DNA of 40,283 nucleotides from Treponemataceae bacterium (GCA_963614515.1 CAVEDD010000001.1:1-40283); one strand, 5' to 3'. Shown: positions 1 to 9,862, counted from the stretch's first letter. The notes: generated by a model from the letters alone, not told the origin. Numbers and translations: made by a program.

Positions 1-55
1 GCAACCTCACGGTTGTGAGGATTCAAATTATCGCAGCGCAACGAAGCAGATCGCC
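1..55. repeat. Partial copy (cut by window edge) of a ~125-bp palindromic REP/MITE-like element
   Basis: 55/55 identical to 118-172 (tandem, offset 117 bp). Confidence 0.9.
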
Positions 56-63
56 CACCAGGT

Positions 64-189
64 TCAAAATTCAAATAAAAGGATGAGATGCAAGGCGCGC
101 AAGAAATTTGAACCGCAGCAACCTCACGGTTGTGAGGATTCAAATTATCGCAGCGCAACGAAGCAGATCGCCTTTTATTTGGATTTTGA
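64..189. repeat. Full copy of the palindromic REP/MITE-like structured element
   Basis: Terminal inverted arms TCAAAATTCAAATAAAAGG (64-82) / CCTTTTATTTGGATTTTGA (171-189), 18/19 complementary; inner stem AATTTGAA/TTCAAATT; apical CAACC-TCAC-GGTTG; homologous inverted copy at 31381-31512. Confidence 0.85.
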
Positions 190-1392
190 TGAGAGGGTGT
201 ACGTAAAGCCTATAGATATCGACTCCGCAAACTGCAGCCCCCGCTTCCTGGGATTGCCGTCCCCGTCCGTCTTGTCCGGATTCAGCACCGTGGAATCATA
301 AATCATATTCGTAGTGACGGTGAGGGCGAAATACTTCGCGATTTTCCAGTCAATCTTGTTGTCCCAGTTGAAACGGATGTTGCCCTTGTATTTGTTGGTC
401 TCATCGTCCTTGGCAAGATAGTCGGTGAAAAGGACGACCTGCGAGGTGTACTTGAAATTGTCGTTCACGTTCACCTTGAAGTCAATCTTCATCTGCGCAC
501 CAAGCTGGAAGAGAGCGGAATGGTAGGCCGAACCGTCTTTGATGGAATCTTCATAACGCAGATACGCCTTGTAATATTCCGTCTCCTCCTCTGTCGCCGT
601 GACGGGGTCGTATGCGTCCGGGTCATAACCGGCGAACTCGTTCATCAGCTCTTTGGCCTCACTTGTCATCTTCATTCCGTAGGTCTTGCGGAAGCGTCCG
701 TCGGCCACGATGGTATAGCCTCCGGTGAGAGGCGCAAGGTTCACCGACACCCAATTCGCCGGAGTCCAGTCAAGACCGAGGGCGAGTGTGGCGTAAGCCG
801 GGGAGAGAATGCTTGATTTCGCCTTGCGTGCCAGCTCCCACGCAGTACGCTGCTGTTCTCTCGTAAGTTCGTCAAGATCCGTCTCAGACCCTCCGGAAGC
901 CTCCGATATCTGAGCTGCATTCGGAGTGTTGTAGTCATAACCGGTCGAGAACTGGCTCTTGAAGTCGAAGTTCGCCGATGCGTAGAGCTGGTCCATTATC
1001 CTGTGACCCCATTTGCTTTCAAAATAGAAGCGGTCGTTTGTCTTCTGGAAAAGCGGCTTCGATGAAGCGTAGAGCATTCCGTACTCCAGCTGGAGACGGT
1101 TGTTCCAGAACATCTTGTCCTTGGCCCAGTTGCAGCTGCCGTCCACATAGCCCTTGAGGGTGAATGTGTTGTCTCCGCCGGCCGCCCAGTTGGAGAGGCT
1201 CGTCTGCCCGACATTTATCTGGGTCGTGAGAGAATTTGTCCAGTATTTCGGCTCCGGAGCAGCCTCTTTCTGAACCGCAGCCGAGGCGAACGCATCGGCC
1301 GCCTCCTGCGCGGCTTTCTGCACGTCATCCTGTGCGGACGCCGCCACGGAAATGAGCGACAAAGCCGCGATGCTCAACAATATCCTTTTCAT
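175..1392 (-). CDS. DUF3078-family exported/outer-membrane beta-barrel protein
   Basis: Signal peptide; motifs 'QTSLSNWAAGG', 'WNNRLQLEYG', 'KTNDR', 'FKSQFSTGY' recognised as typical of Bacteroidota DUF3078 proteins; terminal beta-strand 'ISIGFTY'. Confidence 0.75.
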   Translation of the reverse strand: MKRILLSIAALSLISVAASAQDDVQKAAQEAADAFASAAVQKEAAPEPKYWTNSLTTQINVGQTSLSNWAAGGDNTFTLKGYVDGSCNWAKDKMFWNNRLQLEYGMLYASSKPLFQKTNDRFYFESKWGHRIMDQLYASANFDFKSQFSTGYDYNTPNAAQISEASGGSETDLDELTREQQRTAWELARKAKSSILSPAYATLALGLDWTPANWVSVNLAPLTGGYTIVADGRFRKTYGMKMTSEAKELMNEFAGYDPDAYDPVTATEEETEYYKAYLRYEDSIKDGSAYHSALFQLGAQMKIDFKVNVNDNFKYTSQVVLFTDYLAKDDETNKYKGNIRFNWDNKIDWKIAKYFALTVTTNMIYDSTVLNPDKTDGDGNPRKRGLQFAESISIGFTYTLSSKSK

Positions 1393-1476
1393 TTCTCAAA
1401 AATTCGCATCCCCGGATCACCCGGGAAAGTCAGTTATTTCTCAGGGGGATGATTACTCAACAGGATGATTCCTTGC

Positions 1477-2955
1477 TCAATAGGATATGGAGAAAATCAC
1501 CCGGCGGTGTGAAGGCTTGCCCGTGTAGATGCACCTGCCCTCCTCCTCGCAGACATAGCTGTCGACCGGAATGCAGCGGATGGTAGCCTTGGTCTCCTCC
1601 TTGATGCGCTCCTCGGTCTCGGTCGTGCCGTCCCAGTGGCAGAGCAGGAAACCGCCTTTCTTGATTTCCTCCTTGAACTCGTCCCAGGAGTCAACCTTGC
1701 GCACGTTAGCGTCACGGAAGGCGAGAGCCTTGTTGTACATATTCTCCTGAATGTCTTTCAGCAGCTTCTCAATGTGTTCAGCAACTCCTTCCTGTGAAAT
1801 CGAACTCTTCTCCAGAGTGTCCCTGCGTGCGATTTCGAGAGTGCCCCCGGCGAGGTCACGCGGACCCATCGCGATGCGCACCGGCACTCCCTTGAGCTCC
1901 CACTCCGCGAACTTGAAGCCCGGGCGGAGGGTGTCGCGGTCGTCAATCTTCACGCTCACGCCTCCCTTTTCGAGTTCAGCCTTGATCTGCGACATCCTCT
2001 CCACAATCGCATCGTGCTCGTCCTCAGTCTTGTAGATAGGAACCATCACCACCTGAATCGGGGCGAGGGCAGGCGGCAGCACAAGTCCGTTGTCGTCGCC
2101 GTGAGCCATGATAAGCGCGCCCATCAGCCTGGTCGAAACACCCCAGGACGTCGCCCAGACATACTCCTGCTTCCCCTCCCTGTTGGTGAACTGCACGTTG
2201 AACGCCTTGGCGAAATTCTGCCCAAGGAAATGCGACGTACCGGCCTGAAGAGCCTTGCCGTCCTGCATCATCGCCTCGATTGTGAGGGTGTCGAGAGCGC
2301 CTGCGAAACGCTCGTTCGGGGATTTGTGCCCCACGACCACCGGAAGCGCCATCGTACCCCTCGCGAAATCCGCATAGACCCCGACCATCTTCTGTGCCTC
2401 GGTCTCAGCCTCTTCTCTGGTGGCGTGGGCGGTGTGCCCCTCCTGCCAGAGGAACTCGGCCGTGCGCAGGAAAAGCCTCGTCCTCATCTCCCAGCGTACG
2501 ACGTTAGCCCACTGGTTGCAGAGGATGGGGAGGTCGCGCCACGAGGTGATCCAGCCCTTGTATGTGTTCCAGATGATGGTTTCGGAAGTAGGACGGACGA
2601 TAAGCTCCTCCTCGAGTTTCGCCGACGGGTCCACCACCACGCCGTCCCCGTCCGGGTCTTTCATCAGACGGTGATGCGTCACCACGGCGCACTCCTTCGC
2701 GAACCCCTCCACGTGCTCCGCCTCCCTGCTGAGGAAAGACTTCGGGATGAAGAGCGGGAAATATGCGTTCTGATGCCCGGTCTCCTTGAACATCCTGTCC
2801 AGAGTCTGCTGCATCTTTTCCCAAATCGCATAGCCGTAAGGTTTTATGACCATACAGCCCCTCACTGCGGAACGCTCCGCCAGATCGGCTTTCACCACGA
2901 GGTCGTCATACCACTGGGAGTAATTCTCCGACCTTTTCGTAACTTCCTTTGCCAT
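1477..2955 (-). CDS. proS: Proline--tRNA ligase (archaeal/eukaryote-like family, as usual in Bacteroidota)
   Basis: Motifs [55 protein letters not shown]; anticodon-binding domain and C-terminal domain ending in Tyr. Confidence 0.98.
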   Translation of the reverse strand: MAKEVTKRSENYSQWYDDLVVKADLAERSAVRGCMVIKPYGYAIWEKMQQTLDRMFKETGHQNAYFPLFIPKSFLSREAEHVEGFAKECAVVTHHRLMKDPDGDGVVVDPSAKLEEELIVRPTSETIIWNTYKGWITSWRDLPILCNQWANVVRWEMRTRLFLRTAEFLWQEGHTAHATREEAETEAQKMVGVYADFARGTMALPVVVGHKSPNERFAGALDTLTIEAMMQDGKALQAGTSHFLGQNFAKAFNVQFTNREGKQEYVWATSWGVSTRLMGALIMAHGDDNGLVLPPALAPIQVVMVPIYKTEDEHDAIVERMSQIKAELEKGGVSVKIDDRDTLRPGFKFAEWELKGVPVRIAMGPRDLAGGTLEIARRDTLEKSSISQEGVAEHIEKLLKDIQENMYNKALAFRDANVRKVDSWDEFKEEIKKGGFLLCHWDGTTETEERIKEETKATIRCIPVDSYVCEEEGRCIYTGKPSHRRVIFSISY

Positions 2956-2974
2956 TGATATATTTTACTTTTGT

Positions 2975-2982
2975 TATATTTG
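2975..2982 (+). promoter_or_regulatory. Putative Bacteroidota -7 promoter element (TATATTTG) for the 3066 gene
   Basis: Matches the TAnnTTTG consensus in the AT-rich divergent intergenic region. Confidence 0.55.
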
Positions 2983-3041
2983 CGGGTATATTCTTTGCAA
3001 GTCACATCGATTATCGTGTTCTTTGACAGAAGAATGCGGCG

Positions 3042-3049
3042 CGAAGTTA
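3042..3049 (-). promoter_or_regulatory. Possible variant -7 element (TAACTTCG) for proS
   Basis: One mismatch to TAnnTTTG, followed by C, correct orientation. Confidence 0.35.
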
Positions 3050-3065
3050 GTAAAAATATTGGTTT

Positions 3066-4499
3066 ATGACAAAACGGCTTCATATATCAGGAGTGTCGGG
3101 AATCGTGGCGCTGGCGATATGCGGCGGCATGATGTCTTCCTGTGGAACGACGGCACAGACGGCAAGTCAATATGACGGGATATATTACACCAGGCCGGAA
3201 AAGGCGGATTCCGAAAATCTCGCCAGAAATGTCGAGGAGACGGAAGCCCTCGCCGCCCTGACGGAAACGACGGTGCTTGACGCGAGGGACAGCTCCCAGG
3301 AGACTGCGGCAGTGACTGCGAACTCATCGAAAACGCTGACAATCAATCTCGAAGATGCGGATGTCACGACCGTATATATCGACCCGTTCATGGGATATTA
3401 CAGTTATTCATTCGCTCCGTACCGCTACCGCTGGGGGATTTACAGCCCGGCATATTACGCCGGCTATGACCCGTGGTTCTACACCGGAGGGTATTACGAT
3501 CCGTGGTTCTACGGAGGATACTATGACTCCTGGTTTTATGCGGGAAGATATTATGACCCGTGGTACTGGGATTCTCCTTGGTACGGAAGACACCGCTGGG
3601 CGGGATGGTACGACCCGTGGTACAGCCCGTGGAGAGACCCGTGGCGCTATGACATCCATTGGCATCACGACTGTCACTGGAATCATCCGCACGGCGGCCC
3701 TCTCTCTCCGGGACATCACGACCCGTTCTTCGGCGGCCCGTCACACGGACACGGAGGATATGTCAATGTCGGTTCAAGAGGCACAGGCGGCGGGATAGCA
3801 AGCAGTTCAAGAACTTCCGTCAGCTCACGCTCATCCTCGACACACGGGACGGCATCCGTTTCATCCCGGACATCAGTCAGAAGAACCTCTTCGGCCGCTT
3901 CCGGAAGAACTTCGTCCACAAGTTCGGTGACGCAGGTTTCAAGACGCTCGGGTTCATCGGCGGGCGGCGGCACGGCGGCTGTCAGAAGAAGCTCAGGCTC
4001 ATCTTCTTCAAGTTCAAGCCGGAGCAGCTCGGCATCCGTGTCTTCAAGCCGGAGCAGTTCCGCATCCGCAAGCAGAAGTTCGGGTGCAAGTTCTTCCTCA
4101 ACACGGAGCAGCTCGGCGACTGTCAGCAGAAGTTCCGGCACAGGCTCCACCTCAAGCCGGAGCAGCGGAAGTACGTCATCAAGTTCTTCAAGCACTTCAA
4201 GAAGGGCGACCTACAGCAGACCGTCCTCGGGCAGCAGCTCAAGCTCCTCATACAACAGGAGTTCCTCAGGCTCATCGTACCGCAGCAGCGGCACTTCGTC
4301 AAGCAGTTCCCGCAGTTCAAGTTCCTACAGCAGGTCGTCCTCAAGCAGCAGTTCAGGCTCCTCATACAGCAGGAGTTCTTCAGGCTCTTCTTACCGCAGC
4401 AGCGGTTCAAGCTCGTCCTACAGGGGCAGTTCCTCCGGCAGCAGTTCTTCAGGCGTGAGCAGGAGCAGTTCTTCTGGAGGCGGCGCAAGGCGGAGATAG
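3066..4499 (+). CDS. Lipoprotein with (Y)YDPW aromatic repeats, a His-rich segment and a long Ser/Arg/Gly low-complexity tail
   Basis: Lipobox-like MMSS-C; 'YDGIYY' motif; repeated YYDPWFY; ~240-aa S/R/G tail; divergent from proS and upstream of a FadL-like gene. Confidence 0.85.
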   Translation: MTKRLHISGVSGIVALAICGGMMSSCGTTAQTASQYDGIYYTRPEKADSENLARNVEETEALAALTETTVLDARDSSQETAAVTANSSKTLTINLEDADVTTVYIDPFMGYYSYSFAPYRYRWGIYSPAYYAGYDPWFYTGGYYDPWFYGGYYDSWFYAGRYYDPWYWDSPWYGRHRWAGWYDPWYSPWRDPWRYDIHWHHDCHWNHPHGGPLSPGHHDPFFGGPSHGHGGYVNVGSRGTGGGIASSSRTSVSSRSSSTHGTASVSSRTSVRRTSSAASGRTSSTSSVTQVSRRSGSSAGGGTAAVRRSSGSSSSSSSRSSSASVSSSRSSSASASRSSGASSSSTRSSSATVSRSSGTGSTSSRSSGSTSSSSSSTSRRATYSRPSSGSSSSSSYNRSSSGSSYRSSGTSSSSSRSSSSYSRSSSSSSSGSSYSRSSSGSSYRSSGSSSSYRGSSSGSSSSGVSRSSSSGGGARRR

Positions 4500-4538
4500 A
4501 ACCGGCACAAAGCGGCCATTGAAATACGAAAATATATT

Positions 4539-6173
4539 ATGAAGAAAACAATACTTGCAGCGGCGATGATTTTCGCCGCAGGTTTCACGGCGGCGGCGCA
4601 GGACTGGACCGACGCGCTGAGATTCAGTGAAAACGAATATGAAGGAACCGCCCGGACAATGGCGATGGGCAACGCGTTCACGGCACTCGGAGGCGACCTC
4701 GGTTCTCTGGGAATCAATCCGGCAGGCTCCGCTGTGGCGAGATACTCGCAGTTCACGGTCAGCCTCGGCCCGGACATCACGATAGGGACGGCGCAGGGAA
4801 CAGCCCTGTATGACGGGGACACCGCCTTCGGGAAAAGGCTGCGCCAGACCGGTGCGAAGTTCAGCCTCCCGAACATCGGGGGAATGATCAATTTCAACAC
4901 CGGCAGAAGCCGCGGACTCAGGAACTGGAGCATGGGCTTCGTCCTGAACAACACGGGGACCTACAGCGAGGACTTCACCGCGAGGGGGACCAACTACCAG
5001 ACATCGGCTTTCGGAGCATTGGCCTGCCTTGCCGACGGTCTCGGCTACACTGCGGATGAACTCGGCTCCAGCGGCATATATGACAGGCTGTCACCGTCTG
5101 ACTGGGCCATAGCCGCAGCATATCAGAGCGGCGCGATTTGGGACACGGGCAGCGGAAGTTTTGCGGGAATCACCGAAGCTTTCGATGAAGACGACTATCT
5201 GACCATCGGGCAGAGCGGACTTGACCAGCGCTACGGAAGGACACGCACCGGATCGAAACAGGATTTCGTATATAACCTCGGATTCAACATATCCGACGTC
5301 TTCTATTTCGGAGCGAACCTCGGAGTCACGAACGCCAAATACACCCACAACGAGTTCATGCGTGAAGACGCGGTCTCCCCGGACGATTTTGACGTAATCT
5401 TCACGGATGACTACGGGCGCGAAACCACGACACACTTCACGTCGGCGAAGAACAGCTATTCCTACGAGGCCGGGACCGCCGGAGTCTATGGAAAATTCGG
5501 CTTCATCCTCACTCCGTGGAAAGGGCTGAGGCTCGGAGCTGCGATTCAGACTCCGACCGCGCTCACCGTCAAAGAGAAAATGACCAGCACGGTGGAAGGC
5601 AATTACGAGAACGCCTATTACAGCGGGAGCGCGCAGTGCTCAGGGGAATTCACCTACAATCTGAGGACTCCGATGCGCGCCAACTTCGGAGCCGCATACA
5701 CCTTCGGGACATTCGGCCTCGTGAGTCTCGATTATGAAATCACGAACTACAGCGGTATGCGTTTCAGCTATCCGGGGACATCTGACAACAGTGATTTCAA
5801 CGACGCCAATGACGGGATAAACGATCTGTGCGGCGTGCAGCACTACCTCCGCCTCGGGGCTGAAATCAAGCCGGTCAATTTCCTCTCAGTCCGCTTCGGC
5901 TATACGCTCAAGACTGCCGGACAAATCAGAGAATACTCGGGAACAGATGACGACACCACCGTAAAGCTTCCGGGTGCGAACATCCACACGGCTTCATTCG
6001 GTCTCGGCTTCACCTCCGGAACATTCTTCGCGGATTTCGCCGCCGTCGGCTACTTCTACCCTGCGGAGTACATCCGCCCGTATCAGGACTACGTACCCGG
6101 TGTATGGTCTCCTGAAATCCGCTACAACCGCAACCTTGTCAAGATCGTGGCGACACTCGGAGTGCGTTTCTAA
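4539..6173 (+). CDS. OmpP1/FadL-family outer-membrane beta-barrel protein
   Basis: Signal peptide; 'DALRFS..GTARTMAMGNAFTALGGD....INPAG' N-terminal hatch motif; C-terminal 'LGVRF' beta-signal. Confidence 0.85.
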   Translation: MKKTILAAAMIFAAGFTAAAQDWTDALRFSENEYEGTARTMAMGNAFTALGGDLGSLGINPAGSAVARYSQFTVSLGPDITIGTAQGTALYDGDTAFGKRLRQTGAKFSLPNIGGMINFNTGRSRGLRNWSMGFVLNNTGTYSEDFTARGTNYQTSAFGALACLADGLGYTADELGSSGIYDRLSPSDWAIAAAYQSGAIWDTGSGSFAGITEAFDEDDYLTIGQSGLDQRYGRTRTGSKQDFVYNLGFNISDVFYFGANLGVTNAKYTHNEFMREDAVSPDDFDVIFTDDYGRETTTHFTSAKNSYSYEAGTAGVYGKFGFILTPWKGLRLGAAIQTPTALTVKEKMTSTVEGNYENAYYSGSAQCSGEFTYNLRTPMRANFGAAYTFGTFGLVSLDYEITNYSGMRFSYPGTSDNSDFNDANDGINDLCGVQHYLRLGAEIKPVNFLSVRFGYTLKTAGQIREYSGTDDDTTVKLPGANIHTASFGLGFTSGTFFADFAAVGYFYPAEYIRPYQDYVPGVWSPEIRYNRNLVKIVATLGVRF

Positions 6174-6180
6174 ACACGGC

Positions 6181-6222
6181 GCTGTCAGAGCGGCTCCATC
6201 GGCTGTCAGAACGGCTCCATCG
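6181..6222. repeat. 21-bp tandem duplication covering the stop codon of the 6206-8275 gene
   Basis: GCTGTCAGAGCGGCTCCATCG (6181-6201) / GCTGTCAGAACGGCTCCATCG (6202-6222), 20/21 identical. Confidence 0.9.
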
Positions 6223-8275
6223 AAAGGGCGCTGTAGGATTTGGAGCCTACGCTCTCCCTCAGGTAGGTGGAGCCGGTGGCTTTCTCCGAGCTGAAAAGCA
6301 GGAACTGATAGGTGTTCACCGCCGCTGCGGATTCCGGAGCAGAGGTCATATGGATGACACCGTCTATGAATCCGAGAGCTATGCTGCTCGAACCCCAGTA
6401 AATGGACAGTCCGTCGGAAAATCCGAGAGTGACATAGTTGCCCTTGTAGGTCCCGAGCTGCTGCGGTTCGATTATCACCGCGTGGCTTTCCGAGTCGAAA
6501 TATGCCCTGACCTCGGGGGTGAAGTCGTTCATGTTCGACAAGCCGGAGATTGTGAGGTCATCGCCTCCAAGACTGTAGATATCAACGCGGAAAGAGGCCT
6601 CGGACGAAGAGGATGAATTTGCCACAGCGGCGGAAGCCCTGAACGCGCCGATGAAGTCGTCCGCCGTTTTGCTCCTGTCGAAATCCGCCGGGCTGTAGCC
6701 CTTTGTCGAGGCCGTCTTCTTCACCACCGTGGTGTCCCCGAACTCATTGACTATGCAGGCGCAGAGAGTGTAGGACAAACCCTGCTTGAGGGTGTTGAAA
6801 GCAGTGGAGAATCCCTCCTCCGACACCAGTTTCCCGACATATTCCTCATTTACCTCATTGCCCTTTTCCCAGACAAGCTCCTCAACACTCTGTTTCTGAT
6901 ATTTCTCGATATATTCGAGGTAGTCCGTCCTCATACATATATATTTCAACGACACCGCGTTGTCGGCCTGCATTTCCCAGAAAAGGGTCGTATATGGCGA
7001 ATACATCGCGTTGGACTCGTCCCTCTTCCATTCGAAGACGTTGACCCTCGGAGTGTACTGCCCGTCCGGGTCGCAGGTGAAACGCCGCATATAGAGGACT
7101 GACGCGTCGGAGTTTTCATCATAGGCGAGAGCCACGGCGGTGCAGTTCCCTGTGCCGACATTCCAGAGTTCGGAACTGTCCTCATAGAGCGTCAGGACCG
7201 GAGCGCTTCCCGGCCGGCCGTCTTCGGAAAGAATCCGCTTCACCTCCTCCTGTGCGGCCGAGTCCGTCGTGAGGTCTCCGCTGACGACGGTAGCCTTGTA
7301 GAACTTGGTGAAATCGTTTTTGTAGAAAGAGATTCTCGGAGCCTTGAATCCCGTTTCCGAGGTTTCAATCCCGTCGAACGAAATCTCCACGACCGGAGTC
7401 CTGTCCTCCTCCCCATCGAAAGTGAGGGTTTCGTTCCCCTGGGCGAAATATCCCGCAGAAACATAGTAAATCAGATAGAACGAGAATGTGTCCTTGCCGT
7501 CGAAAGTGCAGGGATATGAGCTGTAGGCTGCGTCGTTTCCGGTATATACCGCCATATCAGAAACTTTGACATATTCGTTGTAATTTGAATTGTAATAGCC
7601 TATGGACTGCGCCGGGACCGTGCAGGAATTGTCATCGTTGAGTATGAACTTGAACGACACTCCGCTGGCCCAGTCGTTGACCCTGAAGATGTTCGTCCCG
7701 ACGGCTTTCTCCACTTCAAGGCCCGAATCCCGCCCGGTATAGAAAGCATTGTAGCGGTAGGTGGCGGTCTGAGGCAGCTTTTCTCCGCTCTCATCGGTCC
7801 GGTAATATGTCTCCCATTCGAGCGTGTAGGAAACGCTTATCGTGACTTTGTCCGAAAACCCGGTGATATACGCGCCTCCGTCCGTCTCCTCCTGCCGGTC
7901 GTAAATCAGAATCTCGGCGTTCAGCGACGAACCGACCAGAAGATTCTCCAGATTCACTTCCACAGGAACGGTCACGGAATAGCCGCCGTCCGGAATCGTG
8001 ACGGTCCCGGGAACAGTGAACGATTCCGCGTCATCCCCAATCATCTTCAGTTCCACGGAAAGTTCCCCCTCGCAGCCCGGACGGGCGACGGCGATTTCTA
8101 TCGTCCCCGATTCCGTCCCCTGAGCGAATTCCTTGGTCAGTGAGGACTGGATGAAATGAATTTCTTTGGAATCGTCGGCGCTCGGGCTGAAAACAGTCCC
8201 TTTCTGTTCCTTGTCGCAGCCGGCCGCAAGGAGCAGCAATGCCGTCAGACAGAATATTGTTCCGTTATATCTCAT
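6206..8275 (-). CDS. SusC/D-associated multidomain surface lipoprotein (Ig/Fn3-like domains and a beta-rich C-terminal domain)
   Basis: Lipobox LAAG-C followed by DKE; beta-rich; immediately downstream of susD; no catalytic motif recognised. Confidence 0.75.
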   Translation of the reverse strand: MRYNGTIFCLTALLLLAAGCDKEQKGTVFSPSADDSKEIHFIQSSLTKEFAQGTESGTIEIAVARPGCEGELSVELKMIGDDAESFTVPGTVTIPDGGYSVTVPVEVNLENLLVGSSLNAEILIYDRQEETDGGAYITGFSDKVTISVSYTLEWETYYRTDESGEKLPQTATYRYNAFYTGRDSGLEVEKAVGTNIFRVNDWASGVSFKFILNDDNSCTVPAQSIGYYNSNYNEYVKVSDMAVYTGNDAAYSSYPCTFDGKDTFSFYLIYYVSAGYFAQGNETLTFDGEEDRTPVVEISFDGIETSETGFKAPRISFYKNDFTKFYKATVVSGDLTTDSAAQEEVKRILSEDGRPGSAPVLTLYEDSSELWNVGTGNCTAVALAYDENSDASVLYMRRFTCDPDGQYTPRVNVFEWKRDESNAMYSPYTTLFWEMQADNAVSLKYICMRTDYLEYIEKYQKQSVEELVWEKGNEVNEEYVGKLVSEEGFSTAFNTLKQGLSYTLCACIVNEFGDTTVVKKTASTKGYSPADFDRSKTADDFIGAFRASAAVANSSSSSEASFRVDIYSLGGDDLTISGLSNMNDFTPEVRAYFDSESHAVIIEPQQLGTYKGNYVTLGFSDGLSIYWGSSSIALGFIDGVIHMTSAPESAAAVNTYQFLLFSSEKATGSTYLRESVGSKSYSALSMEPF

Positions 8276-8305
8276 TTTTCTATGAATTCTTAAGTTGTTT
8301 GCAAA

Positions 8306-9862
8306 TCACGGATTCTGGTCTTCCTCGTTGATGTTCGGGTTGGCGTCAAGCTCGGCTTTCGGAATGGTCAGAACCCAGTCGTAGGTGTCCGCGCTGCTGA
8401 GGTCTATGCCGTTCCTTTTCATCGCCGTTATGCATTCCTCGGAGAATCCGTCCTCGGCCTTCCTGTCGATTCCCTGGCCGGTGCGGCGCACGTCGAAGAT
8501 GCGCCCGTATTCCCCCCATAACTCCACACGCCTCTGAATCAGGATGTTCTCAAGCAGAGAACCCGTCCAGGTGGTCGTCGTCGCGCCGAGATTGGTTCCG
8601 GAATACCTTCCGGCATCGTACTTCGGATTTCTGCTTGCCATCACCTCGTTCATCAGTTCGCGGGCGGTATCCTGCTCTCCGAGTCTGAGAGCCGCTTCAG
8701 CGGCCGTGAAATACATCTCCTCGATTCTCATATAGATGTAGTCTCCGAGCCAGGACTGGACATTGGAGAAGGAGAATTTCTTCGAGATGTAAGGAGACTC
8801 GCTGTCCGTCGGATCCCACCACTTGAGGCGTATGTCTCCGGAACTGATGTGGTTGTACAGCTGTTTGTTTATCAGTTTCGGCGCAGACTTGGCGTAAGTT
8901 CCGTCAGTGTTGTCCATATGCGTGAAGAATCCTGCGTAGGCTCCGGACTGCTCCGAAGTCTCGATTCCAGCGCCCCACATCACGTTGGAGGCCGAAATGG
9001 AATTCATTCCTCCCATCAGTTCGCTCTCGCCTCCGATTTCGTAGCCTCCCTCCTCAATCGCCTTCGAAGCCGATTCGTATGCGCCTTTCCAGTCTCCGAC
9101 GGCAAGGCAGAGTCTGGATTTGATTCCGAGGGCGACATATTCGTTGATATGGGATTTATTGCCTTTGTTGAGAGTGGAGACTGCGCCTGCGGCGAGCCTG
9201 ACTATGGCCGAGTCTATGTCCGATTCAATCTGAGCATAAACGGTTTCAAGATTCTCGCGGGGCTTTCCTCCGGTGGAGATTGTCGTAGGCTCCGTGTAAA
9301 CCGGCACTCCCGGGTCGCTCCAGCGGTATCTGTCCGTCATAGGGTTGTACGGAGGGCGGGCGAACCAGGTCGCGAGGTTGAGATAGGAGAACGCCCTGAT
9401 GGCATAGGCCTGTCCCACGACATAGGAGACATCGGAGGAAGCCCCTCCCATCGTCTCTTTCGCCGCGATGACGCTGTTCGCGTCCGAAATCCATTTGTAG
9501 TTCGCATACCAGACGTCATAGGATCTGAAAGCGGAGGACGAATACTGGTTCTTAACATTGTAGATGTGGTCGTACCAGAACCATCCGTTCCCCATAGACT
9601 GCATTATGAGGTCGTCGGCCATCACGCTCTGCGCGAGGCTGTAGGCGGACACGCCGAAGCACTGGTGGGTGTTGCCCGAGGTCGACCATCCGGCGGTCCA
9701 CATCGAACGGTAGATTCCGTTGACGGAGGTGATTGCCGTCGAGGCTTCTTTCATAAGCTCTTCACCGGAGCCTGAATCGGTCGGGTTGAACTCGAGCAGG
9801 GAGCTGTCACAGGAAACTGCCGCGAACGCAAGAACCGCAAGAATGTATTTTTTGTTTCTCAT
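8306..9862 (-). CDS. susD: SusD/RagB-family nutrient-binding lipoprotein
   Basis: Lipobox AVS-C; 'GQAYAIRAFSYLNL', 'YMRIEEMYFTAAEA', 'QRRVELWGEYGRIFDVRR', 'IPKAELDANP..QNP'; follows susC. Confidence 0.95.
   Translation of the reverse strand: MRNKKYILAVLAFAAVSCDSSLLEFNPTDSGSGEELMKEASTAITSVNGIYRSMWTAGWSTSGNTHQCFGVSAYSLAQSVMADDLIMQSMGNGWFWYDHIYNVKNQYSSSAFRSYDVWYANYKWISDANSVIAAKETMGGASSDVSYVVGQAYAIRAFSYLNLATWFARPPYNPMTDRYRWSDPGVPVYTEPTTISTGGKPRENLETVYAQIESDIDSAIVRLAAGAVSTLNKGNKSHINEYVALGIKSRLCLAVGDWKGAYESASKAIEEGGYEIGGESELMGGMNSISASNVMWGAGIETSEQSGAYAGFFTHMDNTDGTYAKSAPKLINKQLYNHISSGDIRLKWWDPTDSESPYISKKFSFSNVQSWLGDYIYMRIEEMYFTAAEAALRLGEQDTARELMNEVMASRNPKYDAGRYSGTNLGATTTTWTGSLLENILIQRRVELWGEYGRIFDVRRTGQGIDRKAEDGFSEECITAMKRNGIDLSSADTYDWVLTIPKAELDANPNINEEDQNP

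Noticed and set aside
1..172. CRISPR array (identical 55-bp repeats with a spacer)
   Set aside because: The repeat is too long, only two units are visible, the 'spacer' is itself part of the element (homologous at 31381-31512), and no cas genes are present
83..301. 72-aa + strand ORF, and the 64-aa ORF at 31391-31585
   Set aside because: Both are translations of the palindromic repeat and overlap real genes
2014..2958. Long antisense ORFs (also 8849-9775, 29834-31318, 33090-34262, 38702-39490)
   Set aside because: Shadow frames of well-supported genes in GC-rich DNA, with no recognisable motifs
3659..4522. 287-aa alternative-frame ORF rich in Q/F/L/R
   Set aside because: Frame-shifted reading of the Ser-rich low-complexity tail, which lacks stop codons by composition
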